A stretch of 64,000 bases of DNA from NCBI GenBank assembly GCA_037447435.1, contig JBBIGR010000001.1:192001-256000 (forward strand). Direction: 5' to 3'. The position numbers were made by a program, and so were the translations under genes. Under the pieces are notes generated by a model that was given only the letters and a program-made list of their open reading frames with translations, did not search any database and was not told the origin of the DNA. Positions 37,618 through 47,281 of this stretch are shown in pieces (position 1 is the first letter of the stretch; the number at the start of each line of letters is the position of its first letter). The DNA comes from Fibrobacteria bacterium. GTDB taxonomy: Bacteria > Fibrobacterota > Chitinivibrionia > Chitinivibrionales > FEN-1185.

Positions 37618-37633
37618 AGCAAAAAAAATGCCA
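37618..37633 (-). promoter_or_regulatory. sigma54 (-24/-12) promoter TGGCA-TTTTTT-TTGCT
   Basis: Exact GG-N10-GC spacing with TGGCA and TTGCT half-sites, about 70 nt upstream of the PAS gene. Confidence 0.65.
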
Positions 37634-37887
37634 GTATTGTCGATCCTATCGGCAAGAAAGGAGATATGGCACGTGGGATTACGCGCGGCATGAAAAGCTA
37701 TTTATGAGCTGTTTTGTGCCTTATTGACAACAGGAAAGAACGTCGACTCCTTGTATTTCGGGCATTGGAAAACACCTCTTTTATTCCCAAGAAGAGATCA
37801 TTGCTGGATATTTTCCAAACTATCGCAATACTAATTATTTTCATATGGGCAAAATTATTAAACGATTTACGACTTCCCGGTGATGCA

Positions 37888-38919
37888 ATGACTGCAAAAT
37901 TAGAACAAAATAAAAAATCCGGAGTTTACTACGCTCAAACGATTGCTGGACTCGAGCTTCCGGTAATCGATATTACCCATTCCGCTTTTGCCGTTACAGA
38001 ACCGGACGAAATGGAATTGGCCGCATTGGTAAAAAAATCAACCGAGCAACAGGAAAAATTCAATCGCATGCCCGCTTTGCTTCGCAAAGTTTTTTTGTGG
38101 GTCTTTTCTCGCAAGTCTATTTTGATGCAAGGGCTGCTGGGTGCGTCGGGAACGTATTTGAGCGGGATGAACACCTATTTGTTAAAACTTGGGCCCGACA
38201 ATTTAGGAATTCATTATAGCCGGCCTCTGGATAGGATCATTGCCGCATCTCTCCCCGCGCTTTTAACCCGATTGCGGTTGCAAGATATGGCCCGGATGAC
38301 GGTTGATGCGATTGAACCGGTCTTGCACGATCACATCGGCAAGCCTTTATATTTAGTCAATATCGCCGGGGGGCCTTGTGCGGATACGCTGAATGTATTG
38401 ATTCTTTTACGCGCGGAAAAGCCCGAGCTGTTCGCAAATCGTACGATTAAAATTTGCGTTATGGATTTGGAACAGGCGGCGCCTACCTTTGCAGCCCGCG
38501 CCTTGAATGTTTTACAATCTCCCGGCGCGCCGCTTAAAGGATTAAATATATCGTTTGAATATGTTCCGTACAACTGGCACGAAACGCAGGTGCTGCAGGA
38601 CTATTTGTCCGCTTTGAATGTGATGCAGGGGGTCGTGGTCGTCACCGCTGAAGGCGGGCTTTTCGATTACGGCACAGAACACGATATTGTGACCAATTTG
38701 AAAATTTTGCATGCTTTGACGCCGGAGAAAACCGTTTTAGCCGGCACCATCACTCCTGCGGACGGACCCGGAAAAATCCTTGTGCAAACAGGCGGTGCAA
38801 AAACCGTTCCGCGAACCCTTGATGAATTTAAAGACCTTGCCTTTTCGGCGGGGTGGTCTGTGACCGAGAGCAAAGATCGCCTTATCAATTACGTTATCCG
38901 TTTATGTAAAGCTTCATGA
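37888..38919 (+). CDS. Hypothetical protein with SAM-dependent methyltransferase-like fold
   Basis: LVNIAGGP..D motif-I-like, VMDLE, AEGGLFDY; start at 37888 uncertain (ORF open from 37714). Confidence 0.55.
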   Translation: MTAKLEQNKKSGVYYAQTIAGLELPVIDITHSAFAVTEPDEMELAALVKKSTEQQEKFNRMPALLRKVFLWVFSRKSILMQGLLGASGTYLSGMNTYLLKLGPDNLGIHYSRPLDRIIAASLPALLTRLRLQDMARMTVDAIEPVLHDHIGKPLYLVNIAGGPCADTLNVLILLRAEKPELFANRTIKICVMDLEQAAPTFAARALNVLQSPGAPLKGLNISFEYVPYNWHETQVLQDYLSALNVMQGVVVVTAEGGLFDYGTEHDIVTNLKILHALTPEKTVLAGTITPADGPGKILVQTGGAKTVPRTLDEFKDLAFSAGWSVTESKDRLINYVIRLCKAS

Positions 38920-38972
38920 CACGAATTTTGTCTCCAATATCCAAAGCCGATTTAATAAATTTATAGGGAATA

Positions 38973-39836
38973 ATGAAACCATTTAAACGCATTTACATAG
39001 AGATTACGAATTCTTGCAATTTGTCCTGTTGCTTTTGTCCGGGAACGAATCGGCCAATTAAAAGTATGGATGAAGCAACCTTTGAAACCATATTGTCGCG
39101 AATAGGCGCCTTGGGCAAGTATCTCTATTTTCATGTTCTTGGCGAGCCCCTGTTGCATCCCGACATCGGCAAGTTTTTGGACATTGCGCATGATCACGGC
39201 AAATTCGTCAACCTGGTTACAAACGGGACATTAATTCGGGAAAACAGTGATGCAATTTTAGGTAAACCTGCTTTGCGGCAAATCACTTTTTCCCTGCACA
39301 GTTTTAGTCAGGGCCAAAACAATAAATCTCCGGACGAGTATATCGGGCCGATAGTGTCGTTTGCCGATAAGGCAAAAAACTATTGCTTCGTGAGTTTTAG
39401 GCTATGGCCGTTCGAGGAAAACGCCAATACGGATTCGTATGAAAACATCGTGAATGCAATACAATCTTTTTTTAGTCCGCAATGTAGCATTTTGGAAAAA
39501 CTCAATTCGTCGTCCGCATTTTCCATTGCTGAAAACGTTTTTATCAATCAAAGCCGTCAATTTGACTGGCCCGACTGCAGCGGCCCGGATTTTGGCAATA
39601 TCGGGTTTTGCCTTGGACTGCGGGAACAAATCGCGATAGTGGCTGATGGGACCGTTGTGCCCTGCTGTCTTGATAGAAACGCAGACATTGCCTTGGGAAA
39701 CATTCTCCGTGAACCCTTGGAAAACATTCTGCAAAAGCCGAGGACCATTGACATTGTCAACGGCTTTTCGAAAAGAACCGTTGTTGAGGACTTGTGCAGG
39801 CATTGCTCGTATAGGAACAGATTCGACCGGGTATGA
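38973..39836 (+). CDS. Radical SAM/SPASM protein
   Basis: YIEITNSCNLSCCFC, HVLGEP, DGTVVPCCLD, LCRHC. Confidence 0.88.
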   Translation: MKPFKRIYIEITNSCNLSCCFCPGTNRPIKSMDEATFETILSRIGALGKYLYFHVLGEPLLHPDIGKFLDIAHDHGKFVNLVTNGTLIRENSDAILGKPALRQITFSLHSFSQGQNNKSPDEYIGPIVSFADKAKNYCFVSFRLWPFEENANTDSYENIVNAIQSFFSPQCSILEKLNSSSAFSIAENVFINQSRQFDWPDCSGPDFGNIGFCLGLREQIAIVADGTVVPCCLDRNADIALGNILREPLENILQKPRTIDIVNGFSKRTVVEDLCRHCSYRNRFDRV

Positions 39837-39913
39837 AACATGGTCGACGATTCATACGTCTCTACCGAAAATCACTTATTAAATTCGGATGTCGCCTATT
39901 TCGATCAATTGTA

Positions 39914-41770
39914 TCATCCATCGATCTTTGCAATTCCATAAGGCAATAAGGTGATATCCAATTCACCAGAAGAGGTGCGGTATTTTTTGCCTGAATCATT
40001 TAAAAATTCCAAGGGTGTTGTACAGGCAAATTCGACGGTGGTTTCGTCGAGATATTGCAGCAAAACATTTTTTTGCACATGGGTCAAATGGATTTTTTGC
40101 GGTTTGGCGGTAAGATTTGCAAACAAGAACCTTTTTGCATTGTTTTTTTGGAGCATGCACCCGATAACGCTGTTTTGATCGGAAACTATTCTGCGTATTT
40201 TTCCGCCCGAAAAATCTCCGAAATAGGCAAAGACATGGTACGCGGGAAACACCCGGTCGCCGGATTTCTCCATAAGCCCGCAATCGCCGAGAAGATCGAA
40301 ATACGTCAAACCGGCCGCATTGGCAATTGACAAATTAATAATGCTCGCGCATGTCCATGCCGCGGCAAAAACGGTTTTTTGGCGAGGATCCATACCGTGG
40401 AATTTCTTAGGATTTTCCGGAATGGCCCGCGGACGCAACGTTATCGGCGTCACGAAAAAACGGGAATGCGGATACAGTTCTTTTGCGGTTTGAAGCGTCG
40501 GCGCCTGGCCGAACACATTGTCCATGACGCATTGGTCGTCGAACGTGTGCACCTGCGGATTCATGGAAAAGCAGATGTTCTTTATTAATTTGCTTCGCAA
40601 CGGCTTCCTGTTGATTTCTACGAAATAATTATTCGTTCCGGAAGCGATATTCGCGTCGGGAAAGGTTGTGCCGAGAATGCGGACGCACTGCCGCAATGTC
40701 GATTCCGACGTGACGACTTCGTTTTTATGAAAAACAACGATTCGTTTGACAACGGCCCTTTTGTTCTTTGCCGATTCGCAAAACCGCAATACTTGCTTTT
40801 GAAGACTTTTCCCCGACACAAACAAGGCCACTTCCAACGGTATTGCATTGAAAGCAGGCAATGTCCCGGTCGCGGCATCGACATCGATACGGAAATGCGA
40901 AAAATTCAGCGCCCGAGCCAACAGTGCCGGTTTCCCTCTCGGCACTGTTGGCAAGCAACATCCCAGTTCGGCAATATTCCGATCTTGCGATTTTTTATTG
41001 CAATCGAAAGGTATGAACGACGATGGCTTTTTGGTCGCTTTTGGTATTTTGACGGTTTTTTCCGCTTTTACTGAAACGATTTGGGAAAACTGCGTTCCTT
41101 TTTTAATGATATACGGCCTTGGAACAGCGAGCGGAGGACAGTAGGTTTTGAATGATGCATCGGTCCAATTCCGCTGGTCTTCCGTTTCGAAAATATCGCC
41201 CAGAAAAAACAGTTCGTATTTTATTCCCTTGACGCTTTGCGATAAGGCGCGCATATTGAGAAACGGCTGATGCGGGCTGATGGTTTGGGGAAATTTCGAT
41301 TTTAAGCGAGATCCATTGACGGTTAATACCGTGCATGGTGCTCCCTGGCATGTTGCCAGCGGATGCAGAATGCAAAAACTCACCCGATTGGTTTTGAACG
41401 CGGAGAGTGCCTTTCCATGGAAGGTAAAACGAATTTCGGAATCGTTTGAGCCGTCGATGACTGCATGCCAGGTAAAATCGATGGGGCCGTTTTTATGACG
41501 CGCATCGTATTCTATATGAAACGAGGACCGGGCCTTGTGTATGGACAAATTGGAGACAGTGTAGCCGATTGTGTTCCAGATTTCATTTCGCACGGCGACA
41601 TATATACGCCTGACGATTTCCACGCCGTTGATCGAAATGTTGCGGACAGTACCGTTACAGAAAACGCAATCCAGATCGCCGGCAGAAAAAAGCATTTCAC
41701 TGCCGGCGGATTCTCCGCCGTTGATATCGAATGTTTTTATTTGTGATGGTTTTTGATTTTTTTTAATCAT
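39914..41770 (-). CDS. D-apionate lactonase (ApnL)-like protein
   Basis: AVR..WNT, FKTNR..FC.LHP, I.PHQPF, FETEDQRNWTDASFKTY, F.E.NR, NPQVHTFD, DPRQ...FAAAW. Confidence 0.7.
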   Translation of the reverse strand: MIKKNQKPSQIKTFDINGGESAGSEMLFSAGDLDCVFCNGTVRNISINGVEIVRRIYVAVRNEIWNTIGYTVSNLSIHKARSSFHIEYDARHKNGPIDFTWHAVIDGSNDSEIRFTFHGKALSAFKTNRVSFCILHPLATCQGAPCTVLTVNGSRLKSKFPQTISPHQPFLNMRALSQSVKGIKYELFFLGDIFETEDQRNWTDASFKTYCPPLAVPRPYIIKKGTQFSQIVSVKAEKTVKIPKATKKPSSFIPFDCNKKSQDRNIAELGCCLPTVPRGKPALLARALNFSHFRIDVDAATGTLPAFNAIPLEVALFVSGKSLQKQVLRFCESAKNKRAVVKRIVVFHKNEVVTSESTLRQCVRILGTTFPDANIASGTNNYFVEINRKPLRSKLIKNICFSMNPQVHTFDDQCVMDNVFGQAPTLQTAKELYPHSRFFVTPITLRPRAIPENPKKFHGMDPRQKTVFAAAWTCASIINLSIANAAGLTYFDLLGDCGLMEKSGDRVFPAYHVFAYFGDFSGGKIRRIVSDQNSVIGCMLQKNNAKRFLFANLTAKPQKIHLTHVQKNVLLQYLDETTVEFACTTPLEFLNDSGKKYRTSSGELDITLLPYGIAKIDG

Positions 41771-41824
41771 AGTATGTATAATATACGAGTATGACGTACC
41801 AAATCAAAAGCACTATCCTTTCTG

Positions 41825-42964
41825 ATGCGACGGCGCAGGAAATCTATGAAACAATTATCGTTACCTACCCTATTTGACCGAAACAAAAATCCGCTGCTGG
41901 TTTTTTTGTTGGTCACCGCAATATACCTGCCCTTACAGGAATGGCTGCTTTTATACATCGGCGATAATGCAACGCTGTCATTTTCCGTTTTGCCCATTTT
42001 GTTTTGCGGTTGGTATTTGGGACCTCGTTGGGCATTGGTGAGCGGCGCATCCATTGTTTTATGTTTTGCGATTGTTAATTTCATCACGTTCGGCTTTAAT
42101 GCGTTTATGGAAATGTCGGTAGGGTCCGTATCGATCCTTATTTTCACCCTCATCGGACTGGCCATCGGCAATATCGAACATTTGAACCGGCGGCTGAAAA
42201 CTGAACTTGCCGCGCGAAAAATCGCGGAACAGGCATTGGAACTCCAATCGCAGCAACTTGCCAAAAGCAACAAGGAGCTTGAGCAGTTTGCCTACATCGC
42301 CTCGCATGATTTACAGGAACCGTTGCGGAAAATCACGTCGTTTTCGAGCCGGCTCGTTTTCAAATATAAAGACGTTCTCGGCGAGCAAGGGTTGGATTAT
42401 CTGACTCGTATGGACAATTCGGCCATTCGCATGCAAAGCCTTATCGAGGGGCTGTTGACCTATTCGCGGGTCACGACTAAAGCGCAACCGTTTTCCCCGG
42501 TCGACTTGTCGTTAATTGCTTCGGAAGTGCTTTCTGATCTGGAAACCGCCATCAAAGACTGCAACGCGGCGGTCACCATCGATCCTTTGCCATCGATTTT
42601 CGCGGATCCCCTGCAAATGAGGCAATTGTTCCAGAACCTGATCGGCAATGCACTCAAATATCATGCCCCGGGCGTTTCGCCCATAGTGAAGGTTCGCTGC
42701 ACAATGAACAGTGACAACACCTGCGCCATTTCCATAGCCGACAACGGCATCGGCTTTGAACAGAAATATGCCGAACAGATTTTCGGCGTATTTCAGCGAC
42801 TGCACGGACGCAGCAGCGAATACAAAGGGTCGGGAATCGGTTTATCGGTTTGCCGGAAAATCGTGGACAGGCATAACGGGACGATTTCCGCTTCGTCGGA
42901 ACCCGACAAGGGTGCTGTCTTTACTTTCATTGTACCTTTACAACAAAAAGTCCAAGGAGACTGA
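41825..42964 (+). CDS. Membrane sensor histidine kinase (bacteriophytochrome-type kinase core)
   Basis: N-terminal TM helices; FAYIASHDLQEPLRKI, NLIGNALKY, DNGIG, FQRLH, GSGIGL. Confidence 0.92.
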   Translation: MRRRRKSMKQLSLPTLFDRNKNPLLVFLLVTAIYLPLQEWLLLYIGDNATLSFSVLPILFCGWYLGPRWALVSGASIVLCFAIVNFITFGFNAFMEMSVGSVSILIFTLIGLAIGNIEHLNRRLKTELAARKIAEQALELQSQQLAKSNKELEQFAYIASHDLQEPLRKITSFSSRLVFKYKDVLGEQGLDYLTRMDNSAIRMQSLIEGLLTYSRVTTKAQPFSPVDLSLIASEVLSDLETAIKDCNAAVTIDPLPSIFADPLQMRQLFQNLIGNALKYHAPGVSPIVKVRCTMNSDNTCAISIADNGIGFEQKYAEQIFGVFQRLHGRSSEYKGSGIGLSVCRKIVDRHNGTISASSEPDKGAVFTFIVPLQQKVQGD

Positions 42965-42965
42965 C

Positions 42966-43415
42966 ATGGATGATAAAAAGCAATCCGTCACTATATTGAT
43001 GGCGGATGACGACGAAGACGACAGACTCATGGCAAAAGAGGCGTTTTCGGAGGTAAAACTTTTAAACAATTTTCATACCGTGGAAGACGGGGAAGAACTC
43101 ATGGCTTATTTGCGACGCGAGGGTAAATATGCCGACCCGAAATCGTCGCCGCGGCCCGGTATCATTCTTTTGGATCTCAATATGCCTAAAAAAGACGGGC
43201 GTCAGGCGTTAAAGGAAATAAAAGAAGATCCGTCGCTCAAGCACATCCCCATCGTCGTGCTCACCACCTCGAAAGCAGAGGAAGACATTTTGCGCTCGTA
43301 CGACCTTGGCGTGAATTCTTTTATTGTAAAGCCGGTGACCTTTGACCAATTGATAGACATCATGAAAACGTTGACAAAATATTGGTTCGAAATCGTCGAG
43401 CTCCCTCCGTTATAA
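42966..43415 (+). CDS. Single-domain response regulator (Rcp1-like)
   Basis: ADDDEDD, LLDLNMPKKDG, LTTS, SYDLGVNSFIVKP, YW; AAGGAG RBS before ATG 42966. Confidence 0.92.
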   Translation: MDDKKQSVTILMADDDEDDRLMAKEAFSEVKLLNNFHTVEDGEELMAYLRREGKYADPKSSPRPGIILLDLNMPKKDGRQALKEIKEDPSLKHIPIVVLTTSKAEEDILRSYDLGVNSFIVKPVTFDQLIDIMKTLTKYWFEIVELPPL

Positions 43416-43426
43416 AAGGACACTTC

Positions 43427-44617
43427 GTGGAACAACGGCCGAAAATTCGGGTTTGCATCGTGGACGACGACGAAGACTATTTCGTCATTACCAAGGATTT
43501 GCTTTCGGAAAGCGACAGCTTCTCTTTTGTCACATCGTGGATACCCACGTTCGAACAAGCTCTGGATGAAATCAGGAGCGTCGAATACGATGTTTTTTTA
43601 TTCGATTACCGCTTGGGAAAAGACAACGGCCTCGATTTGCTGAAAGAGGTCATTGCCAAAGGAATTCGAACTCCCGTGATCATGCTGACCGGTCAGGGGG
43701 ACAAGGACATTGATTTTGAAGCAATGCGCCGCGGCGCGGCAGACTACCTTGTCAAAGGCAAAATCGACGGTGCGGTGCTCGAGCGATCGATACGATATGC
43801 GATAGAGCATAATAAAACGCTGGGACAACTTCGGGCTTCGCGAGATTCCTTGTATACAACCACCCAACAGCTTGAAAAGGCGTTGACCAGCATCAATGAA
43901 GAACTCGAAACCGCCCAGCGCGTGCAAAAATCCCTTTTACCGCAAAACCTCGCCGCAGTCGGCGGCGTCGATGTTGCGGTTTCGTATATGCCCACCAGCA
44001 TCATCGGCGGCGACATGTACGATATCGTCGAGATAGACGACGACCGGATCGCGTTTTTGATTCTCGACGTTTGCGGCCACGGCGTTCCCGCAGCTCTTAT
44101 TGCAGCAATGTCGAAGGTCTCGTTCACCCGGACAATTTTGAAATACGATTCGCCCCGTTACATTTTTACGCAAGTAAACGGAGAATTGTGCCGTTTCATG
44201 CCCGACGGACGGTATGTCACCGGTTTCTTGGGCATTCTGGACAAAGCAAAAAAGACCTTCACCTATTCCCGAGCCGGCCATCCGCCGGTAGCGCTCGTTC
44301 GACCGGGAAGCGACGCTGTTTCGTATCTGAAAATACCTGCCCCGCTTATCGGGATCTTTTACGACAGTAAATTCGAAGAAGCGTCGATAGACGTTTCAAG
44401 CGGCGATGTTCTGGTTTTTTATACCGACGGGCTGGTTGAATGCGTTGACGCGGACGGGAAACATTTTAACATGCAGGAATTCGAAAACGCGGTACTTGCC
44501 AATAAGAGCGATACTGCGGCTGCGATTTTGGATTCCATTTCTTTGTCGCTGAATTCTTTCCGTAGCGGAGCTCCGCAAGCGGACGATATTACGACTTTAG
44601 TCGTGAAAATCCAGTAA
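43427..44617 (+). CDS. Receiver + PP2C/SpoIIE phosphatase (RsbU-like)
   Basis: REC (VDDDEDY, DYRLG, LTG); GGDMYD, DVCGHG, AGHPP, YTDGLVE, DDIT; probable GTG start. Confidence 0.9.
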   Translation: MEQRPKIRVCIVDDDEDYFVITKDLLSESDSFSFVTSWIPTFEQALDEIRSVEYDVFLFDYRLGKDNGLDLLKEVIAKGIRTPVIMLTGQGDKDIDFEAMRRGAADYLVKGKIDGAVLERSIRYAIEHNKTLGQLRASRDSLYTTTQQLEKALTSINEELETAQRVQKSLLPQNLAAVGGVDVAVSYMPTSIIGGDMYDIVEIDDDRIAFLILDVCGHGVPAALIAAMSKVSFTRTILKYDSPRYIFTQVNGELCRFMPDGRYVTGFLGILDKAKKTFTYSRAGHPPVALVRPGSDAVSYLKIPAPLIGIFYDSKFEEASIDVSSGDVLVFYTDGLVECVDADGKHFNMQEFENAVLANKSDTAAAILDSISLSLNSFRSGAPQADDITTLVVKIQ

Positions 44618-44619
44618 CG

Positions 44620-44645
44620 GCACCCCGCACCAAAGCGCGGGGCGC
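44620..44645. terminator. GC-rich hairpin between convergent genes
   Basis: CCCCGC...GCGGGG inverted repeat. Confidence 0.5.
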
Positions 44646-44661
44646 TTACATTCCCTAAAAA

Positions 44662-45417
44662 TTACGCTTTCACCGTACCCTGCTTGGCCGTGTTCCTGAT
44701 GCGCATATAACCGAAAGTATTCCAAAGCTGTTCGTAAAACGGACGCAAATCGTTTTTCTCGATGGAATCCGTATTGACAAATTCTATTTTATGCAAAAGC
44801 GCATCGGCTTGTTGCGCGCGCTTACCCGGAAAATGAACCGCTTTGCTTGAAACCGTATGATCTTTGATGCCCAGCAGGCTGATGAGAAGAACATACGGCC
44901 CGCCGACGCCGACGAGTTTGTAAATTTGCAACAGTTCATTGCATGCCGCAACGATCCGGTCGGAAAACAGGTCTATTTGGAAATAGGGAACATTTTTATC
45001 GGTGCCGAAAAACAGTGAGTCCACCGCTTCGACGATGCCGTTGCGATGCAGTTCCAGGGAAGCCAGCGGCTTGCGCGTATCGAAACTGTTTTGCAATAAC
45101 AGGATACCGCTTGAATTGAATTGGGGCTCTACCGTACCGCCGAACAGAAGATGCAAAGACTTGGAAATATAGGTACTGATGCCGACTATGCCATATGTCT
45201 TTTCAGTAAACATTGCATCGCGCGGGAAAAGATGCAAAACCACCTTTGGGCCTTCTATGCCCTGACCGGCCGTGCCGCTTGCGATTTCGGTGAGTCTGTC
45301 TGCGCGAAACTCGTCGATCGCCTTTTCGAAACGGACAATCGGATATCCGCAATAAACGCATTGGTCTGAAAACGAACTCACCTGTTTGTCGCATTCTCCG
45401 CATTGGATGAGGGCCAT
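44662..45417 (-). CDS. Zinc-ribbon protein with C-terminal domain resembling that of AlbA_2/Schlafen-associated proteins
   Basis: MALIQCGEC...CVYCGYP; FR..RL..I, VVLHLFP, RNGIVEAV, LWNTFG; AAGGAG RBS. Confidence 0.6.
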   Translation of the reverse strand: MALIQCGECDKQVSSFSDQCVYCGYPIVRFEKAIDEFRADRLTEIASGTAGQGIEGPKVVLHLFPRDAMFTEKTYGIVGISTYISKSLHLLFGGTVEPQFNSSGILLLQNSFDTRKPLASLELHRNGIVEAVDSLFFGTDKNVPYFQIDLFSDRIVAACNELLQIYKLVGVGGPYVLLISLLGIKDHTVSSKAVHFPGKRAQQADALLHKIEFVNTDSIEKNDLRPFYEQLWNTFGYMRIRNTAKQGTVKA

Positions 45418-45451
45418 ACGTATGTATCTCCTTTGTTTCTATGGTACGTTA

Positions 45452-46477
45452 TTATCGTCCTACCCGTATTTCCTGCCATATTTTATTGTACAGTTCCAAA
45501 GACTCGCCGATATCGTTTTTCAATTCCGAATTAGCAATGTCGGAAAGTTCATAATTCGATTTTTTCGTCGTGAACTTTTTCGCTTCGACATTGATACAGG
45601 GATATCTCAGATAATCGATGATTTTGGCATACACCTTAGGATCATGAATATAATTGATAAATGAATACGCGAGGTCTTTGTGTTTCGCATCTTTGAGCAC
45701 GACCAAGTTGTCGATGTAAGCGGTGCCGCCCTCTTTAGGAATGAAAAATTCGATTTCCGAGGTTTTGGTTGAATCGTATTCCCGCATGACGTTTTCGGCG
45801 TATCCTTGGACGACCCAGAATTCTCCGGCAGCAAAGCCCTTTGCAAAGGCCTCGGCATCGAATTTGCAGAGATTGGCTTTCCATCCCAGTACCACCTGTT
45901 TCGCCTTATCGAGTTCCTGGGGATTCGTGGAATTGACGGAATATCCGAGCGATCGCAATGCTGCGCCTAAAACCTCGCGCATGTCGTCGAGCATGGTCAT
46001 CCTGTTTTTAAGATCGGCCCTATTGAAAATGTTCCAACTTTTTTCATACTTCGCAACGCGCGTCTTATTTACGGCAATGCCGCTTCCGCCCATCATATAG
46101 GGAACGCTGAATTTATTGCCTTTGTCGAACGTGATTCGGGCAAGTACCGCGGTATCGATATTTTTAAAATTGGGGATTTTCGATATATCGAGCGGAGAAA
46201 GCATGTTTTCCTTAATCATTATGGAAACGTAATCCTGCGACGGCACGACGATATCGTATCCGCTTGCCCCGGATTTAAGTTTTGCAAACATGTCCTCGTT
46301 CGACGGATAAACGTCGTACACTATTTCGACATTGAACCGCTTTTCGAAATCGCGCAGAACATCGTCGGGCATGTAATAGGTCCAGTTATATATAAACAGC
46401 TTCTGCTTTCCGCTGTTCGAACAAGAAAGGAAAACCGCGATCATGAAACACAGAATTATCGCAACCTGTTTTTTCAT
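45452..46477 (-). CDS. potD: Spermidine/putrescine ABC transporter substrate-binding lipoprotein
   Basis: Lipobox FLSC; YNWTYY, SNEDM, YDIVVPS, PKEGG...DN. Confidence 0.9.
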   Translation of the reverse strand: MKKQVAIILCFMIAVFLSCSNSGKQKLFIYNWTYYMPDDVLRDFEKRFNVEIVYDVYPSNEDMFAKLKSGASGYDIVVPSQDYVSIMIKENMLSPLDISKIPNFKNIDTAVLARITFDKGNKFSVPYMMGGSGIAVNKTRVAKYEKSWNIFNRADLKNRMTMLDDMREVLGAALRSLGYSVNSTNPQELDKAKQVVLGWKANLCKFDAEAFAKGFAAGEFWVVQGYAENVMREYDSTKTSEIEFFIPKEGGTAYIDNLVVLKDAKHKDLAYSFINYIHDPKVYAKIIDYLRYPCINVEAKKFTTKKSNYELSDIANSELKNDIGESLELYNKIWQEIRVGR

Positions 46478-46489
46478 AGTATTCTCCGT

Positions 46490-47281
46490 TTACTTTTGCA
46501 GAATATATTTATACAGCCCTTTGGTAGAAAAAGCGAGCAAAACCGAACCGACGATAAGAACAAACGAAAGCGCATTAATGACCGGTGAAACGCCGAACCG
46601 TATCATGGAATACACATGCAACGGCAGGGTGGATGAACCCGGGCCGGCAACAAAAAACGTGATGACGAAATCCTCGAGCGACAAGGTAACGGACACCAAA
46701 AACGCCGCGATAATGCCCGGCATGGACACCGGCACGATGACGCGAAGGAGCGTCTGGATTTCGCTTGCTCCCAAATCGTATGCCGCCTCGACAACGGCAT
46801 AGTCGAATTCGTCGAGCCTTGACGAAACAATAAGCAATGCGTAGGGGAGGCAAAAGGTGGTATGCGCGACAAAAACGGTAAACAAGCCGAGCTTAAGCCC
46901 CATGACGCCGAACATGATAAGCAGCGAAACGCCGATGATTATTTCCGGAATGATGAGAGGCAAAAAAGACGCGACCTGCACATATTTTTTAAACTTGAAA
47001 TTATACCAGTACATGCCGATTGCGGCCAGAGTACCGAGCAGCGTCGACACCGAAGCCGAGGTTGCGGCTATGAATGCGCTGTTGCAGAAAGCTTCCCACA
47101 AGTCGCGGGAATGCATGAAAAGATCCGCATACCAGCGCAGGGAAAAACGAGACCAATTCATTGTTTTAGACTCGTTAAAAGAAAACAAAATAAGCACAAG
47201 CAACGGCGCATAAAAAAACGCGATAGTGGTGCAGAAGGCAAAAAGCGAGATCCGATGCCGTTTGAGACTTGAGGATTTCAT
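46490..47281 (-). CDS. potC: Polyamine ABC transporter permease
   Basis: FSFN...FSLRWY, PEII, EAAYDLGA, SLEDFVITFF. Confidence 0.9.
   Translation of the reverse strand: MKSSSLKRHRISLFAFCTTIAFFYAPLLVLILFSFNESKTMNWSRFSLRWYADLFMHSRDLWEAFCNSAFIAATSASVSTLLGTLAAIGMYWYNFKFKKYVQVASFLPLIIPEIIIGVSLLIMFGVMGLKLGLFTVFVAHTTFCLPYALLIVSSRLDEFDYAVVEAAYDLGASEIQTLLRVIVPVSMPGIIAAFLVSVTLSLEDFVITFFVAGPGSSTLPLHVYSMIRFGVSPVINALSFVLIVGSVLLAFSTKGLYKYILQK

Noticed and set aside
42756..42965. N-terminal extension of the response regulator overlapping the kinase, as a possible frameshift fusion
   Set aside because: A good RBS and ATG at 42966 give a complete receiver domain, and no slippery site is evident.
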